A stretch of 59,151 nt of DNA, filler included, from Dugesia japonica (lineage: Eukaryota): NCBI GenBank assembly GCA_001938525.1. It is 5 parts of 5 records of this genome, joined end to end, with 100 filler letters (N's around TTAATTAATTAA, not from the genome) between each part and the next. Parts side by side here need not be neighbours in the genome. Positions count along the whole stretch, not along the records: positions 1 to 10,535 come from MQRL01529259.1; positions 10,636 to 19,160 come from MQRL01546168.1; 3 more parts are not named here. One strand, given 5' to 3'. This document shows positions 1-14,628 of the stretch, one piece after another. The notes under the pieces are model-generated. The model was not told where the DNA came from and ran no database searches. It saw only the letters and a program-made list of their open reading frames with translations. How positions within the stretch are numbered: the stretch's first letter is position 1; every line of letters begins with the position of its first letter. The position numbers and the translations under genes were made by a program.

Positions 1-66
<66 letters not shown>
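1..66. repeat. (AAT)n microsatellite
   Basis: Perfect AAT run at the window start. Confidence 0.95.
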
Positions 67-67
<1 letters not shown>

Positions 68-1196
68 TTAATACCATTGTGCAACATGATAATACGCAGA
101 ATAGTATCAATATTATGAATAGTATTAATTAAATGTAGAATAGCAATGGTTACTGATGCGAAACACCTGATTTAAAAATAAATCAAGCACAAATAAGTCA
201 ATGGAAAACCATATTTTGAGAAATTTTTTATTTACTTGCATTTCAAATCAGTAAATTAAGCATAATGAAAATATTTCTTTTATAATCGGCATACTAGACA
301 AGTAAAAAAAAATGACAGTTATTAATTTACTNAAAAATTGTCCGTCAAAATTGCACAAATTTCTACTTGGAAGTTATTGGTGTGTTAGAAAGTTTCGAAA
401 AAACAATTATTATCGAACATAACAATATTGTATTCTAGGTTTAATTTCATTAACGGGTTTTATTGAAAAATTAGAATAGAAAGGAGAAAATGAAATGAAA
501 TGAAAAGAGAAAAAATGAATAAAAGTGCTATAAAATATTTTAAAAAAAACAAATAAATTCGAACACTAAAATGTTTATTGATTTTGTAAAATTTCTAAAA
601 TTTCCACAAATAACTCATTGTTTANAAGAGAAAATTTTCTGAATTAGAAATTCCACCAAATATAGCTCCAGTTTATTTCTCCTACGATACTTTTTCAAAT
701 ACTCCACAAACTTTTAATGGTTTTGTATGTACATTAGAATCATCTGGAGAGACAAAGTCGGTAGGGTTTCACAGAATAACTTATTGTATTTCCATAAAAA
801 TCCCGAAAATTTTAGTTATTGTATTCATTAGGATTATTTTACAGTATTTGTTTCATTGAATTCATTGGTCTTATATGGTTATTTTTGCTAATTTTTTGTT
901 GGATTGACGGAAAGATGATAGTTAATTTAAAAAAACCTCGATATTGAAATTGAATCGTATTCTTTTTGTATTTATTTATTGAAATATAGCAATTTAAATA
1001 GCAGTTGGAAGTTTTATGTTATTATTTTAATTTNNNNNNNNNNNNNNNNNNNNNNNNNNNNNNNNNNNNNNNNNNNNNNNNAAATATTCTTTTTATAGTA
1101 AGTAACTAAAATTAATTCCAAAACTATTAATGAACTTTGAATAAACATCTGACTTCTAATTACTATAAAATGATAAAAATTTTATGAAATTTCATA

Positions 1197-2219
1197 ATGA
1201 TGAAACATCTAGTGATTATTTTGATTGTTATTGAATTTGTAATATTTATCACTTCTAAGTCGATAATCAATGATGAATTAAAAACAGAATGGGAATTATT
1301 CAAAATGAAATTTAATAAATCTTATTCAGAAAACGAGGATAAAGCAAGAAAAATGATTTGGAAAGAAAATTTGCAATATATTCAACACCACAATGTCAAA
1401 TATGATTTAGGACATCATACCCATACGTTGGGAATCAATCAATTTTCTGACGTAACTAATGAAGAATTCAAAAGGTTTTATTTATCATCAAAAAATATTG
1501 AACAAAGCGATGGTATAGATTATTTACCACCATTAAACACAGATAATTTACCAGATTATGTTGACTGGAGAACAAAAGGCTATGTTACCAACGTTAAAAA
1601 TCAAGTTAAATAAATAGTTAATTTAATTATAAAATTATATTAAGAAATTTTAGGGGCAATGTGGATCTTGTTGGGCGTTTTCAACAACTGGATCTTTGGA
1701 AGGTCAGCATTTCAGAAAATATCATGTATTGCAGAATATTTCAGAACAGCAATTAGTAGATTGCGCTAGTAAAAATTATGGTTGTAATGGGGGGTGGATG
1801 AATATTGCGTTTGAATATATTGCTAGCAATGGAATAGAATCAGAGATCAGTTATCCATACAAAGCAATAGTTAGTAAAACATAAAATATATAGAAATAAA
1901 TAGAAATTTAATAATATTTTAGCAAGGAAAATGTTTGTACGATAAATCAAAGGTTGTTGCAAGATGTAAAGGATTTCAAAAAATTGAGCATAATAACGAA
2001 AATGATTTAGCTAGTGCTGTCGCTACTGTTGGACCGATTGCAGTAGCGATAGATGTTAGCGACAGTTTTCAGCATTACAAGTATTTAAAATTTTTTTCTA
2101 TCATATGAAAGATTTGAAGAACATTTAAAGAAATCATAAAATTATAACTATTAGTCAATATTATGAATATAAATATTTCATCTCAAATAAAGTAAATTAT
2201 TAAAAAAAAGAATAATAAT

Positions 2220-2281
<62 letters not shown>

Positions 2282-2343
2282 NNNNNNNNNNNNNNNNNNN
2301 NNNNNNNNNNNNNNNNNNNNNNNNNNNNNNNNNNNNNNNNNNN

Positions 2344-2411
<68 letters not shown>

Positions 2412-3508
2412 GAAGAATAGTAGGAATAATTTATTCCAATGCGTCTTTTCTTTGCACAAATTAGGTATTTAATTAAACTATTTGTTGAGGACAAATTTAA
2501 AAGGAATGAAGACATAAATATTTATTTTCTCCATTTTATTTAAGTTGATAGTTGTGAAAATATGTTTTACAAAGTATAAAAACAATAGAATAAAAATAAA
2601 TTCCTAAATTTATTTTTCCATTAGTATTATGTGACCATTAGTATTTCTTTACTTCATTAGATTGTTTAATATACATATGGAAATTACAACTAATGCAAAG
2701 CAGGTTGGTATTCCACATATAAATTCTTTTTTTGAATATTAAATCAAGATTAAACTTCATGATCAACAAAAATGAGAAACAAAAGTCAATATTGGAATAT
2801 TTATATAAAAAAAATTTAATATAATTAAAATAAATAAATATTTCCTCAAATATTACAACGGAATTCCTTCTTTTTTTACATATTATTTTACAAACTAAAA
2901 ATTAATTTTATTTTACAGAAACTAAGCATAAGCTTTTTGAAGGTTATTTAATTGTAAAATGCTTTCGNACTTTCTCTTATTGATTTTTCTTTCTTTTGAA
3001 ATAAAACAAGTTACGAAGATACCGAACGAAGAAAAATAAATTAAGAAATAAAAGAGATTAAATAATCGCATGTAAAAATTGAGCATCATATATTTGGATT
3101 TCTTATTAAGTTTCAAAATAAGTAGTAAAGTTAAATCATTCTAAATGTAGAATGGGCATAATTGAAATTTTCATTTAACTTATCGATCTATATATAAGTC
3201 TATATCTTTAACTTTATACACTTCAATTTTTGATATATTTCTTATATTCAGACAAGGTGTTTACTATGAGCCTTCGTGTAATCNNNNNNNNNNNNNNNNN
3301 NNNNNNNNNNNNNNNNNNNNNNNNNTTGAAAATGGACTTAAATATTGGCTCGTGAAAAACAGGTAAAAAGAAATTGCTGAATTTTAAAATTACAATTACT
3401 ATTTTTAGTTGGGGAACATCCTGGGGTATGAATGGATACATAAAAATGTCGAAAGACAGAAACAATAATTGCGGAATTGCTACAACTGCAAGTTTCCCAA
3501 TTGTCTGA
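1197..3508 (+). CDS. CTSL: Cathepsin L-like papain-family cysteine protease (C1A), 5 exons: 1197-1604, 1654-1869, 1923-2080, 3252-3362, 3409-3508
   Basis: Signal peptide; I29 propeptide with ERWNIN variant ([20 protein letters not shown]) and GINQFSD; LPDYVDWR; VKNQ|GQCGSCWAF catalytic Cys across a 49-bp GT-AG intron; SEQQLVDC; GPIAVAID; YWLVKNS|[13 protein letters not shown]; [12 protein letters not shown]. The catalytic His should fall in the 42-N gap (3284-3325), which keeps frame. Confidence 0.93.
2211..2410. repeat. (AAT)n microsatellite with gap, in cathepsin intron 3
   Basis: AAT runs on both sides of an N gap; source of the poly-Y/I/L ORF artefacts. Confidence 0.9.
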
Positions 3509-4429
3509 TCATCGTAAATAAAAAATATTCAAAATGGAAATTGTTGATTAATTTACTTAATTAAACATGTATATGTGTTTGTTAATTAGATGATTTTTGG
3601 CATTTTTTGAAGTTCTGTATACATATTATATAGTTCCAATACAGAAAATGGCAGCAATAACATATCTAACAAAAAAATGTCGCCGAAGAAAGAAATCAGT
3701 ACATATTAAGTAAAATTAACCAGTATACGAATGTATGAAAATGTAAAAAATCTCATTACCATTATTAAATTAAATAAAAAATAAATATTTAAATATTATG
3801 AACAATTAGTTCAAATAAAATTTTTCAAAATGCAAAGATCAAAATTGTTGTTTTTCAATTTTTTTAAAGATTTTTCAATATTTCGGCATAGTCTTAATCA
3901 GGAGCGATTGTTCAATTTATTCTAGTCAGCAATTCTTAATGGAAACGATTTGAATTAATTTGATTAAAATAAATTTTCATTGGTTAAGAAATTATAACAT
4001 CGGAAATCATTGAAAATATTTTCGGTTAATTTATGCAATCATTAAAATAAATGTTTTCACTTGTAATCGATTCAAATGAATTTAGTTTAGTAAATTAAAA
4101 TTTTTTATAACATTCAGATTTCATCATTTCACATTTTACTTGTGAGTTCTTATTACATTCATTACATATTGTAATTTGAAACAAGACAATTTTTAGACAC
4201 ATTTCTTAATTAAGCAACATTTATTACAGTAATATCATTTTTAATATTTGATTCAGATATTAACGCAATTAAATTGGGGGCGTAAATACTGCACTAGTCA
4301 GTATCAGGTAATGTTGCTTCAATGACACATGCCGGATTGAAAGTGTTAACTAATCCTGCTAGAAACCAAAAGCTATTTACTAAAACAAAACACAATTATG
4401 TAATACAAAACTAAATACATATTTTAAGC

Positions 4430-5100
4430 CATTCGATCAATTTGATTTGATAGTGTGATACAAACTTGGCAGTTATGGACCATCATAATGGAAATTATTT
4501 TTCTTCCTGTTTAAGGCTTCTTTCCTAACCAATACCTTGTCTAAGATTTTGAAATCACGTTGACCTCGCTTATCATTTTTGAAACAGGCCATTCTCTCAG
4601 TAGCATTTTCAAAATTCTTCCTGACTTCTTTTGTAATTTCGGTATCTGGTAGGTTTTGGTGATTCATTTCTGAATATAGATTAATTTTGTAACCAAATAC
4701 GATTTCAAAAGACGAAAATCCTGTCAAACTTTGTTGAGTTGTGCTAATACTAAATTCAATGCTCGGAAGAAACTCATGCTAGTTTTTTTCTTTACAACCT
4801 CCTTTTAAAGAAGTAATGATCATGTCATGGATGGTTCTTATCCCTCTTTCTACTAGACCATTTTNNNNNNNNNNNNNNNNNNNNNNNNNNNNNNNNNNNN
4901 NNNNNNNNNNNNNNNNNNNNNNNNNNNNNNNNNNNNNNTTGAAATTCTTTCATCTGTCTGTCAAAATATATATTGGTCTTCCAAATTTATAGATCTAGCT
5001 TGTCATTATTATTTTAACATTGATCAAACATTCAGCTTTGACAATGCGTTGAAACTCACTAACTTGTTAAAACGATCAATGAAGACAACGAAAAACTTAT
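4430..5100 (-). mobile_element. Gypsy-type integrase C-terminal remnant
   Basis: ORF 4473-4727 TGFSSFEIVFG...DKVLVR...YDGP (GPY/F-like); upstream NGLVERGIRTI-like helix. Confidence 0.7.
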
Positions 5101-5319
5101 GTGTCACATATTTTCTTTTTCAAATTAGCAGTACAAATATTGCAAATTGAGCACAATTTGACTAAAAATAACTTTATCAAATTTATAACGCCGATAGAAT
5201 TTGGTTGCAGTTTTATTTACAATCACTTCTGGCAATCTCATCCTTGGGCATTAATTAAAAAGGATAACAAATATTAATTTGGAACCTGTAAATTTTCATT
5301 TTTAAAAATAAATGTTTNC

Positions 5320-5447
5320 GATGAGGGATGCAGATTTTGTGACGTCATATTTAAGGGGATTCTGACTTTTTGTGACTAAGTGTGACAAGGGGGAGGGGGT
5401 GTAAAGAATCATCCAAAATCGTGTGACGTCATTTGTGGATGACCCCT
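5320..5447. mobile_element. End of a non-autonomous DNA transposon (TIR GGGTCATCCACAAATGACGTCAC on - strand)
   Basis: GC-richer block with repeated TGACGTCA and a terminal GGATGACCCC, resembling MITE ends; no partner end found. Confidence 0.4.
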
Positions 5448-6104
5448 ATTGCAAAACCAGTAATTAACTGTTGAGTGCCATTTTGGTCAAACCTTTATAG
5501 ATTTCTTGATACACATTCACTTTTAAATTTATTTTAATCTTATTTTATTGGATTGATTGCGTAACAGGTTTTATTGGCCAGTATATAAAGAATTTCCTTC
5601 TTATTTGACCACATTAAATTATGATGGGCATAGATTTGTTCGAAACTTCTATTACAAAAAGATGTTTTAAAAAATTGCGTAACCTGCATACACAGAACAA
5701 AGACGGGACCGGAAAATTTTGTTCCGTTTAAGCGAAAGTTCTGTTTAAGCATTTCCTATTATATAATACATATCAAAATAGAATGATAAAGCAAAATAAA
5801 ATTTAACATTTATTTACGATTATTATTTGTTTTGACTTTTCTCTAAGAATTTTTCTTGAAGATTATTTTCAACATCTAATAGCTCTTATTACATTGAAAA
5901 TTATTAATAATCAATCTTTCAGCGCTCTTGTTCTGTTTAACCAGGGTCTATTTAAGTAGGTTGCAGTTATTATATATACCAAAAATACCAGTATTTCTAA
6001 CAACCAATACCGGTATTGTCAGTATTTTAATTTTTCATCAAAAACTATAATATCGAAAATTTTATACCTAATTCAAGAATTTCCTGAACCATTTTTTAAT
6101 TAAA

Positions 6105-6480
6105 TTATAAGGATTCTTCCGCACTATAAGTCCTTAAATCCAGAATTTTTACTAGATAATCTTCATTCAAACCATGATCTACCACTAATTCAGTAATATG
6201 ACCAATAGCTAAATCTACGAATCCTTCACTTCCTAATGTATTTGTTAATTCAATAATTTCTGAATATTTAATCTGTACTAGCGAAACGATACTATTACAA
6301 TTTCTGCCATATTGTTTTCCAACATGCATTCAGTGTCGATATTTGTCAGTGTATGCTAATGCAGCATCCTATATATAATTTAAGATTGAAAAAGTTTTCC
6401 ATTCATCTGTTAATGTTAAGGATTTATTAAAGAGTGACGAAATATTATATGCAGCTCATTCATGAAACCAAATTCAAAAT
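6105..6480 (-). mobile_element. pogo/Tigger-like transposase C-terminal remnant
   Basis: LTDEWKTFSILNYI*DAA..ISTLNACWKTIW and IIELTNTLGSEGFVDL resemble the TIGD/Tigger DDE tail; has stops and frameshifts. Confidence 0.6.
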
Positions 6481-6569
6481 ACTAAAAAACAAATTTATAA
6501 TTTTTGAAAACGTCCAAAAGAAGTACCGTGTAAATTGGGGGATATATATATATATATTTCATTAACATA

Positions 6570-6785
6570 AAAGCTTCGCAAAAATAATTTTTGTTTTTGA
6601 TAGTATATCGAGCTTTCGACTTTGTATTCGTCAGAAAAAGTTAATTCCTGATAAAGACAAAGTCAAAAATTCGAAATACTATCAAAAACAAAACAACATT
6701 TTGATTGAAGCTTTTATTTTATTGAAATCTCAAAAACGATCAATGGTTACGTACAACAATTATTCTCGCAATAATTATAATTGTG
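6570..6785. repeat. Inverted (palindromic) copy of the hammerhead-bearing dispersed repeat
   Basis: Imperfect palindrome centred at ~6641; its arms match copies at 20955-20994/25035-25150, 38060-38275, 54458-54612 and 57185-57325. Confidence 0.75.
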
Positions 6786-6789
6786 CTAG

Positions 6790-7117
6790 ATTTATTATTG
6801 CAAAGTCTATTAATAAGTTGAATAAAGATGAAACTGTGATTAAAAAGGCTCCGAAGAAATTGACGACTAATGTAATCTTAATTATAGAAAGAATATTCGA
6901 GGAAAATCCATCGAGTACTTTAAAGCAAATGCAAAAAATTGTTTTGGAAAGGTATCCTATTGAGAGAATTTTCTCCAAAGATAAGTTTCTAGCAAGATCT
7001 GAACTTACATCAAATTTTAATCTTGGTCTGAATATTGAAATCGAAGATGTTATTTATGTTTTAGAAATGATGAGAAATGTTTCTTTGGCTTTGGAAAGAA
7101 GACCTTTTCTAAATTAA
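6790..7117 (+). mobile_element. IS630/Tc1-like transposase fragment
   Basis: PKKLT...IFEENPSSTLKQMQKIV HTH-like segment, then DVIYVLE (degenerate first catalytic Asp motif xIYxDE). Confidence 0.5.
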
Positions 7118-7259
7118 ACGATATTATTTTAATATCTTTATTCAATTTTTAAATATATTTAATGTTCTTGAAATATATTAAAATTTTCTTAAATTGTATG
7201 ATTATTTTTATAAATTGTTTAATTATTTTTGGAAAAGGTTGAATACTTCTTGGAAATGC

Positions 7260-7290
<31 letters not shown>

Positions 7291-7569
7291 CAAAGACAAG
7301 ACCGGAAAATTTTGTTCCGTTTAAGCGAAAGTTCTGTTTAAGCATTTCCTATTATATAATTTATATAAAAATAGAATGATAATGCAAAATAAAACTTAAC
7401 ATTTATTTACGATTATTATTTGTTTTGACTTTTCCCTAAGAATTTTTCTTGAAGATTATTTTCAATATCTAATAGCTCGTATTACACTGAAAATTATAAT
7501 TAATCAATCTTTCAGCGCTCTTGTTCTGTTTAACCGGGGTCTATTTAAGTAGGTTACAGTTATTATATA

Positions 7570-8362
7570 TACCGAAAATACGAGTATTTCTAACAAACAA
7601 TATCAGTATTGTCAGTATTTTAATTTTTTTATCGGAATCTATAATACCGAAAATACCAGTATTTCTAACAACCAATACCGGTATTGTTAGTATTATAAAA
7701 TTTTTCCATCAAAATCCATAATACCGAAAATATCAGTATTTCTAACAATATCGGAATTGTCAATATTTTAATTTTTTATCAAAATCTATAATACCGAAAA
7801 TACCAGTATTTCTAACAAAAAATATAGGGTATTGTCAGTATTAAAATTTTTTTTAATTAATTAAAAAATTGAAATGTAATTTTAAATGTATTTTTCAATC
7901 AAATCTATAATACCGAAAATATCAGTATTTCTAGCAACCAACACCGGCATTGTCAGTATTATAATTTTTCAGCCAAATCGATATTACTGATAATACCAGT
8001 ATTTCTAACAAACAATACAGGTATTGTCAGTATTCTAATTTTTCACCAAAAACTATAATACCAGTATTTCTAACAATCAATACCGGTATTGTCGATAATA
8101 CCGAAAATACCAGTATTAGTTTAATTTCGAAAAATTAGTCTTTACAAGAAATACCGGTATTGTCAGTATTCTAATTTTTCATTAAAAACTATAATACCAG
8201 TATTTCTAACAATCAATACAGGTATTGTCAGTATTCTAATTTTTCATCAAAAACTATAATACCAGTATTTCTAACAATCAATACCGGTATTGTCGATAAT
8301 ACCAGTATTGGTTTAATTTCAAAATATCAATTTTTACAAGAAATACCGGTATTGTAATCCCT
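7570..8362. repeat. Tandem array of ~50-60 bp units (AATACCGAAAATACCAGTATTTCTAACAAxCAATACCGGTATTGTCAGTATT) ending in a hAT-like TIR
   Basis: About a dozen units; ends AATACCGGTATTGTAATCCCTA (TAGGGATTACAATACC on - strand), typical of hAT MITE ends. Confidence 0.75.
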
Positions 8363-8472
8363 AATAATATTCAATTTCTACAGCGCACTTTATTTGTTGC
8401 TGAAACACGCAAGCAATAAAAATGAAAATTAAACAGAAAAACCAAGTGAAAAGTCAAATGAAAATTTATTCG

Positions 8473-10182
<1,710 letters not shown>

Positions 10183-10535
10183 CTAGAATTAGAATTCATA
10201 AAAGAAAATAAANATGAACTGTGAGTATTGCTTCAAAGAAAATATATTAAAAACAATATCATTATGATNGAGAATCGAGAAAGATTCGATGACTTTATAC
10301 AATCTTGAATAATTAAAATATAATTTATAATTCTCATTAATTAACACTTATTGGTTACACTCGGTAATGATATTTTTAAAATCAATTTCTTAAATGTCTA
10401 TTGATTTTTGATAAGAACCATAGTGTAATATGTGTTGCTTTGGATATAGTGTTTATACAGTTTCTAAATTGGTAGCACTTGTTTAGAGGTTTATACTTAT
10501 TTGTTTATAATTTGTATAAATAATAATTCGTTTTT

Positions 10536-10635
10536 NNNNNNNNNNNNNNNNNNNNNNNNNNNNNNNNNNNNNNNNNNNNTTAATTAATTAANNNNNNNNN
10601 NNNNNNNNNNNNNNNNNNNNNNNNNNNNNNNNNNN
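10536..10635. other. Artificial scaffold spacer N44-TTAATTAATTAA-N44
   Basis: Exact 100-bp spacer with stops in all six frames; repeated identically four times in the window. Confidence 0.95.
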
Positions 10636-11519
10636 ATATTTGGACATCTATGTGGAAACTACGTGCGAAGAGCGTACGATTTCTTGCATTAGCAGAAATC
10701 TGAAGTGGATACCAACTGTATCTGTCAAAATTTAACGATACAGTGAGGTATAAAAGGAAATCAAAATCAGTGGAAAATCATTCTTGAAAATTGGATTTTC
10801 TGTAGCTCTTATTAGTCGACTAAACCGAACTTTTAAGTAGCATCTACATTATCAACGGAAAAGCTAAAAGATGTAAATCATAGAAGTAAATTTTTAAATT
10901 TATTTATAATATTATTATGTCAATTATAAAACTGAAAACTGAGGTGATGGTCGTCATAGCTAGCCTTGTTGGTATTGACGATCACCATAACTTAGATATC
11001 CACTGCACCAGATCATCNNNNNNNNNNNNNNNNNNNNNNNNNNNNNNNNNNNNNNNNNNNNNNNNNNTATTTCTAAAACACTTACAAGTTTCAGAAATTT
11101 ATTATTGAGGAAAAAACTTGAGGAAAAACATAGGACATCTGTGAGCACATAATCCGCTACAGAATTAACAAAAAATAAAAATAATCCCGCCCATATTTGG
11201 ACATCTATGTGGAAACTACGTGCGAAGAGCGTACGATTTCTTGCATTAGCAGAAATCTGAAGTGGACACCAACTGTATCTGTCAAAATTTAACGATACAG
11301 TGAGGTATAAAAGGAAATGAAAATCAGTGGAAAGTCATTCTTGAAAATTGGATTTTCTGTCGCTCTTATTAGTCGACTAAACCAAACTTTTAAGTAGCAT
11401 CTACATTATCAACGGAAAAGCTAAAAGATGTAAATCAAAGAAGTAAATTTTTAAATTTATTTATAATATTATTATGTCAATTATAAAACTGAAAACTGAT
11501 GTGATGGTCGTCATAGCTA
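10636..11519 (+). repeat. Near-identical direct repeat (10636-~10962 vs 11193-11519), period ~557 bp
   Basis: Both copies start ATATTTGGACATCTATGTGGAAAC and differ by only a few substitutions; bounded by gaps. Confidence 0.85.
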
Positions 11520-14500
11520 NNNNNNNNNNNNNNNNNNNNNNNNNNNNNNNNNNNNNNNNNNNNNNNNNNNNNNNNNNNNNNNNNNNNNNNNNNNNNNNNN
11601 NNNNNNNNNNNNNNNNNNNNNNNNATAAATTTAGACTCCGTATTATGAGATAATGTTCTGAACGCGAGGGATACAAATATCGTTAAAAGGAAGGAAACAT
11701 ATCTTGTTTGGAGAAGTGAAAGTTAGCGATGTTTTAAGAGATGAATAGTGTTCAGAGATCTTGAGCAGAGAACGAGAAGTGATATTATGAGAGATAAATA
11801 TTGTTAGTATGAGTGAGATAAATTGGTAAAGAGTATACACGAATTAGCAACATGTATATGAGATTTAGCATGAATATATGAAATAAATGTTTAACAGTTG
11901 ATAAGTGGTGGTTGCGTTAACTCTAATGTAACGTTTAATGACTATAGTATGAGAAATATTTTCGGTTTTCAATAAAAATATCAAGTTGAGTTAATTAGTT
12001 GTTTAATACACGATTATATTATGCCACTTTAATATCATAATTATTTATTTTTTGTTTTGATTATTCATGATTATTATTGTTTTACATATTATAAAATTTT
12101 AATTGATAATAAATTCTCATTAACATAATTTTAGGTATTGTTGGGATGAAACACGCCACTAAAAAGGAGACAAAGTCGCTACAGAGGAGATAATGGTAAA
12201 AGTAAGACAAGAACCATAGTTACGAATGGAAAATACACAAAGATAATAGAAATAAGAAGAAGAGAGTTGAAAACCCATTAGTGGATGAATAAAATAAAAC
12301 TGGGTAATCAAAATCAGTATCCATTCATGCACCTCAATTAAAGTAAATTAAAATTTATTATATGAAGAAAAAAAGAAATACATAATAAAATAATTAATTA
12401 ATAGAAAAATATCAATTAATTAAACAGAAAAAATAAATGAAAATAAACTCCAAATCAGTTTTCCTCAAATAATTTTACTCCCGAAAGTCACAGGGACTCG
12501 AAGGAAGAAACTTTGAGTCGGGATTGGCATCGGGCAACCAAATTTCCTAGTTCAAAAGCGTTGCGACCATCAGGAGGACCGTCATAAGGTTGGGAAGATT
12601 GAACCAATGAGAACCTGGAAAATAAACATCTAACAAAGAACAAAAGCTCATCTGATTATCCAAAAATGACTACCAACAGAATCACAGAAAAGTCTGTAAA
12701 ATTCCAGAAAAGTAGCATCAACGCCAATGGAAACGTACTATTTTAAATTAAAAATAACTGGCCAATGCCAAACAAGTCGGGGTGTCTCGGGAATCGTATA
12801 AAAGAACCTTATGTTTAGTAACAAAAACTACAAAAAACAAAACTTAACAAAATAATTGTCGGCAATTATAACGAGAAGATATTTCAATAAGAGCAATTGT
12901 ATCCGTGATAGCTACGAAAGAAATAATTTTGGTTACTAATTAACTAAAATTTCCATCAATTCGACGAGAAACATTTATCCTCTTCGAAGTAACTTCGAAA
13001 AAAAAATTTTTTTTTGATATTGATTACTATTATTTTCAAGGACAAGAAACGTACCACAACAGTATTATCCAGTCCAGAAAAATAGCCCCCGGAGAAAATC
13101 ATTATTCGAATAGCAATATAATAATATTAATCATCTCGTGAACCTGTTGAAGAAAGTCCTAAATTTGTTCTAGAAAAAGTAAATTTTTATTTTTCGATTG
13201 TACGAATAATGTTGTTATCGAAGTTTACATGTTTATTCTAATAAATCTATTTTTCTAATTTGTAACTTCATATATTTAGCTTACTGATAATATAGTTCAA
13301 ATAATAAATTGGGGTTTATATAAAATTTTTAGACCTATTAGTTAGTCAACATAAAGGCAGGTTCCACCACATTGTGTATTAAAATAAATCAGACAATGTC
13401 AAACATTGCTAATAAAGCTAAGACATGAAATCAGTATTTAATTTCCAAGTCAACATCAACTGGGGAATGAACAAATTTTTATAAATAAAAAAAACTAAAT
13501 TTCCAACAGTAATTATATAAAGATTACTTTGGTCGATTTCTAATTTTCCGAAATGATAAACTAGCTGAGAATACCACACTGAGAATGCCATAATTTAACA
13601 TTCAGTTATTTCTTGCATAAAATTCCTTTTTCAGGTTTCATTAAAATCCATTCCCGTAGCAGAGATAAATGTCCAGTTTCTGATAGACAGAAATTGATGA
13701 ACAATAACAGAATAGTCATTGACCGTCATATCACAAACTCGTATTAATCATAACAGAATTTGACGCCACTCTGATTTATCTGCATACATACGACGACACG
13801 CATACAAACTCATTACCAATAGTAAAAAATCGGGTCGCTAAGGAAACCGTCGTCATGCAATAATAACGGTGAAAATTTAAAATACAAATTATTATAATTT
13901 TTGGCTATTTTATAAATGTTAAAGGTAGTTTTATGGACTATCAAAATTACAAATATTACTATTTATAATACTCAACTTATGAAAAGCTTTTATATTTTTT
14001 GTTTTTCTGTATAAGTTATATCATTCAGGGAGTTTATGCCGGGTTAAAATTATCATGCTAGATGACAATAGTATTATTAGGATTCCACACCGCTATCGGG
14101 AATAATCCCAGTACGGGTAGTATTAAGATAATTCTACTGCCGGTTGCTATCATTGTAATACGGGTTCTAGTGTTATTGATCGAATAAGCTATTATGGTTT
14201 TGCGTGATAATCTCCTCATAATTAATAGTTATACTAGACCATGAACCTTCAGTCTATACCGACAGTCAGGAATGAATAATTTTTCTTTTCGCGTTCTGAA
14301 TTAAATATTACGATTAATAATTTCACTCTTCAGTTATGCAGACGAAATTATATCGTATCCTGAGATGGATCAGAAGGCGGCGTCAAATTAGTCGGTCTAA
14401 GCAATTATTATCCCACTTGTTGACAAAAGGGAAAATCGAACATCCGGATAAAACAGACCTTTGTTGTCTCGCCGAGATGTTTCCTTCAAAGAGGAAAGTA

Positions 14501-14628
14501 GACAGGGACGAGGGAGGACTGTTGTTTTATGGATATCCTTCTGATAAAATAATATTTTTGTGCCTGTGTTTAAATAAATTATTTGCTACATCTTGATGCT
14601 ATGTTTAATATTCTTTTGTTATCCTTAG

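Larger units (their letters stand above)
5694..7653 (+). repeat. ~365-bp direct repeat pair (5694-~6060 and 7287-~7653)
   Basis: Both copies begin AGAACAAAGAC..GACCGGAAAATTTTGTTCCGTTTAAGCG and are near-identical throughout. Confidence 0.9.

Noticed and set aside
2178-2515. Poly-Y/I/L ORFs (also 17629-18007)
   Set aside because: Translations of AAT microsatellites and N gaps.
7570-8362. CRISPR-like repeat array
   Set aside because: Eukaryotic context, no unique spacers and no cas genes; it is a degenerate tandem array ending in a transposon TIR.
10636-11519. Possible LTR pair
   Set aside because: No TG..CA ends, PBS or PPT; at a scaffold edge between gaps, so a tandem repeat or assembly artefact is more likely.
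11888-12010. Possible solo LTR (TG...AATAAA...CA)
   Set aside because: No target-site duplication and no matching LTR in the window.
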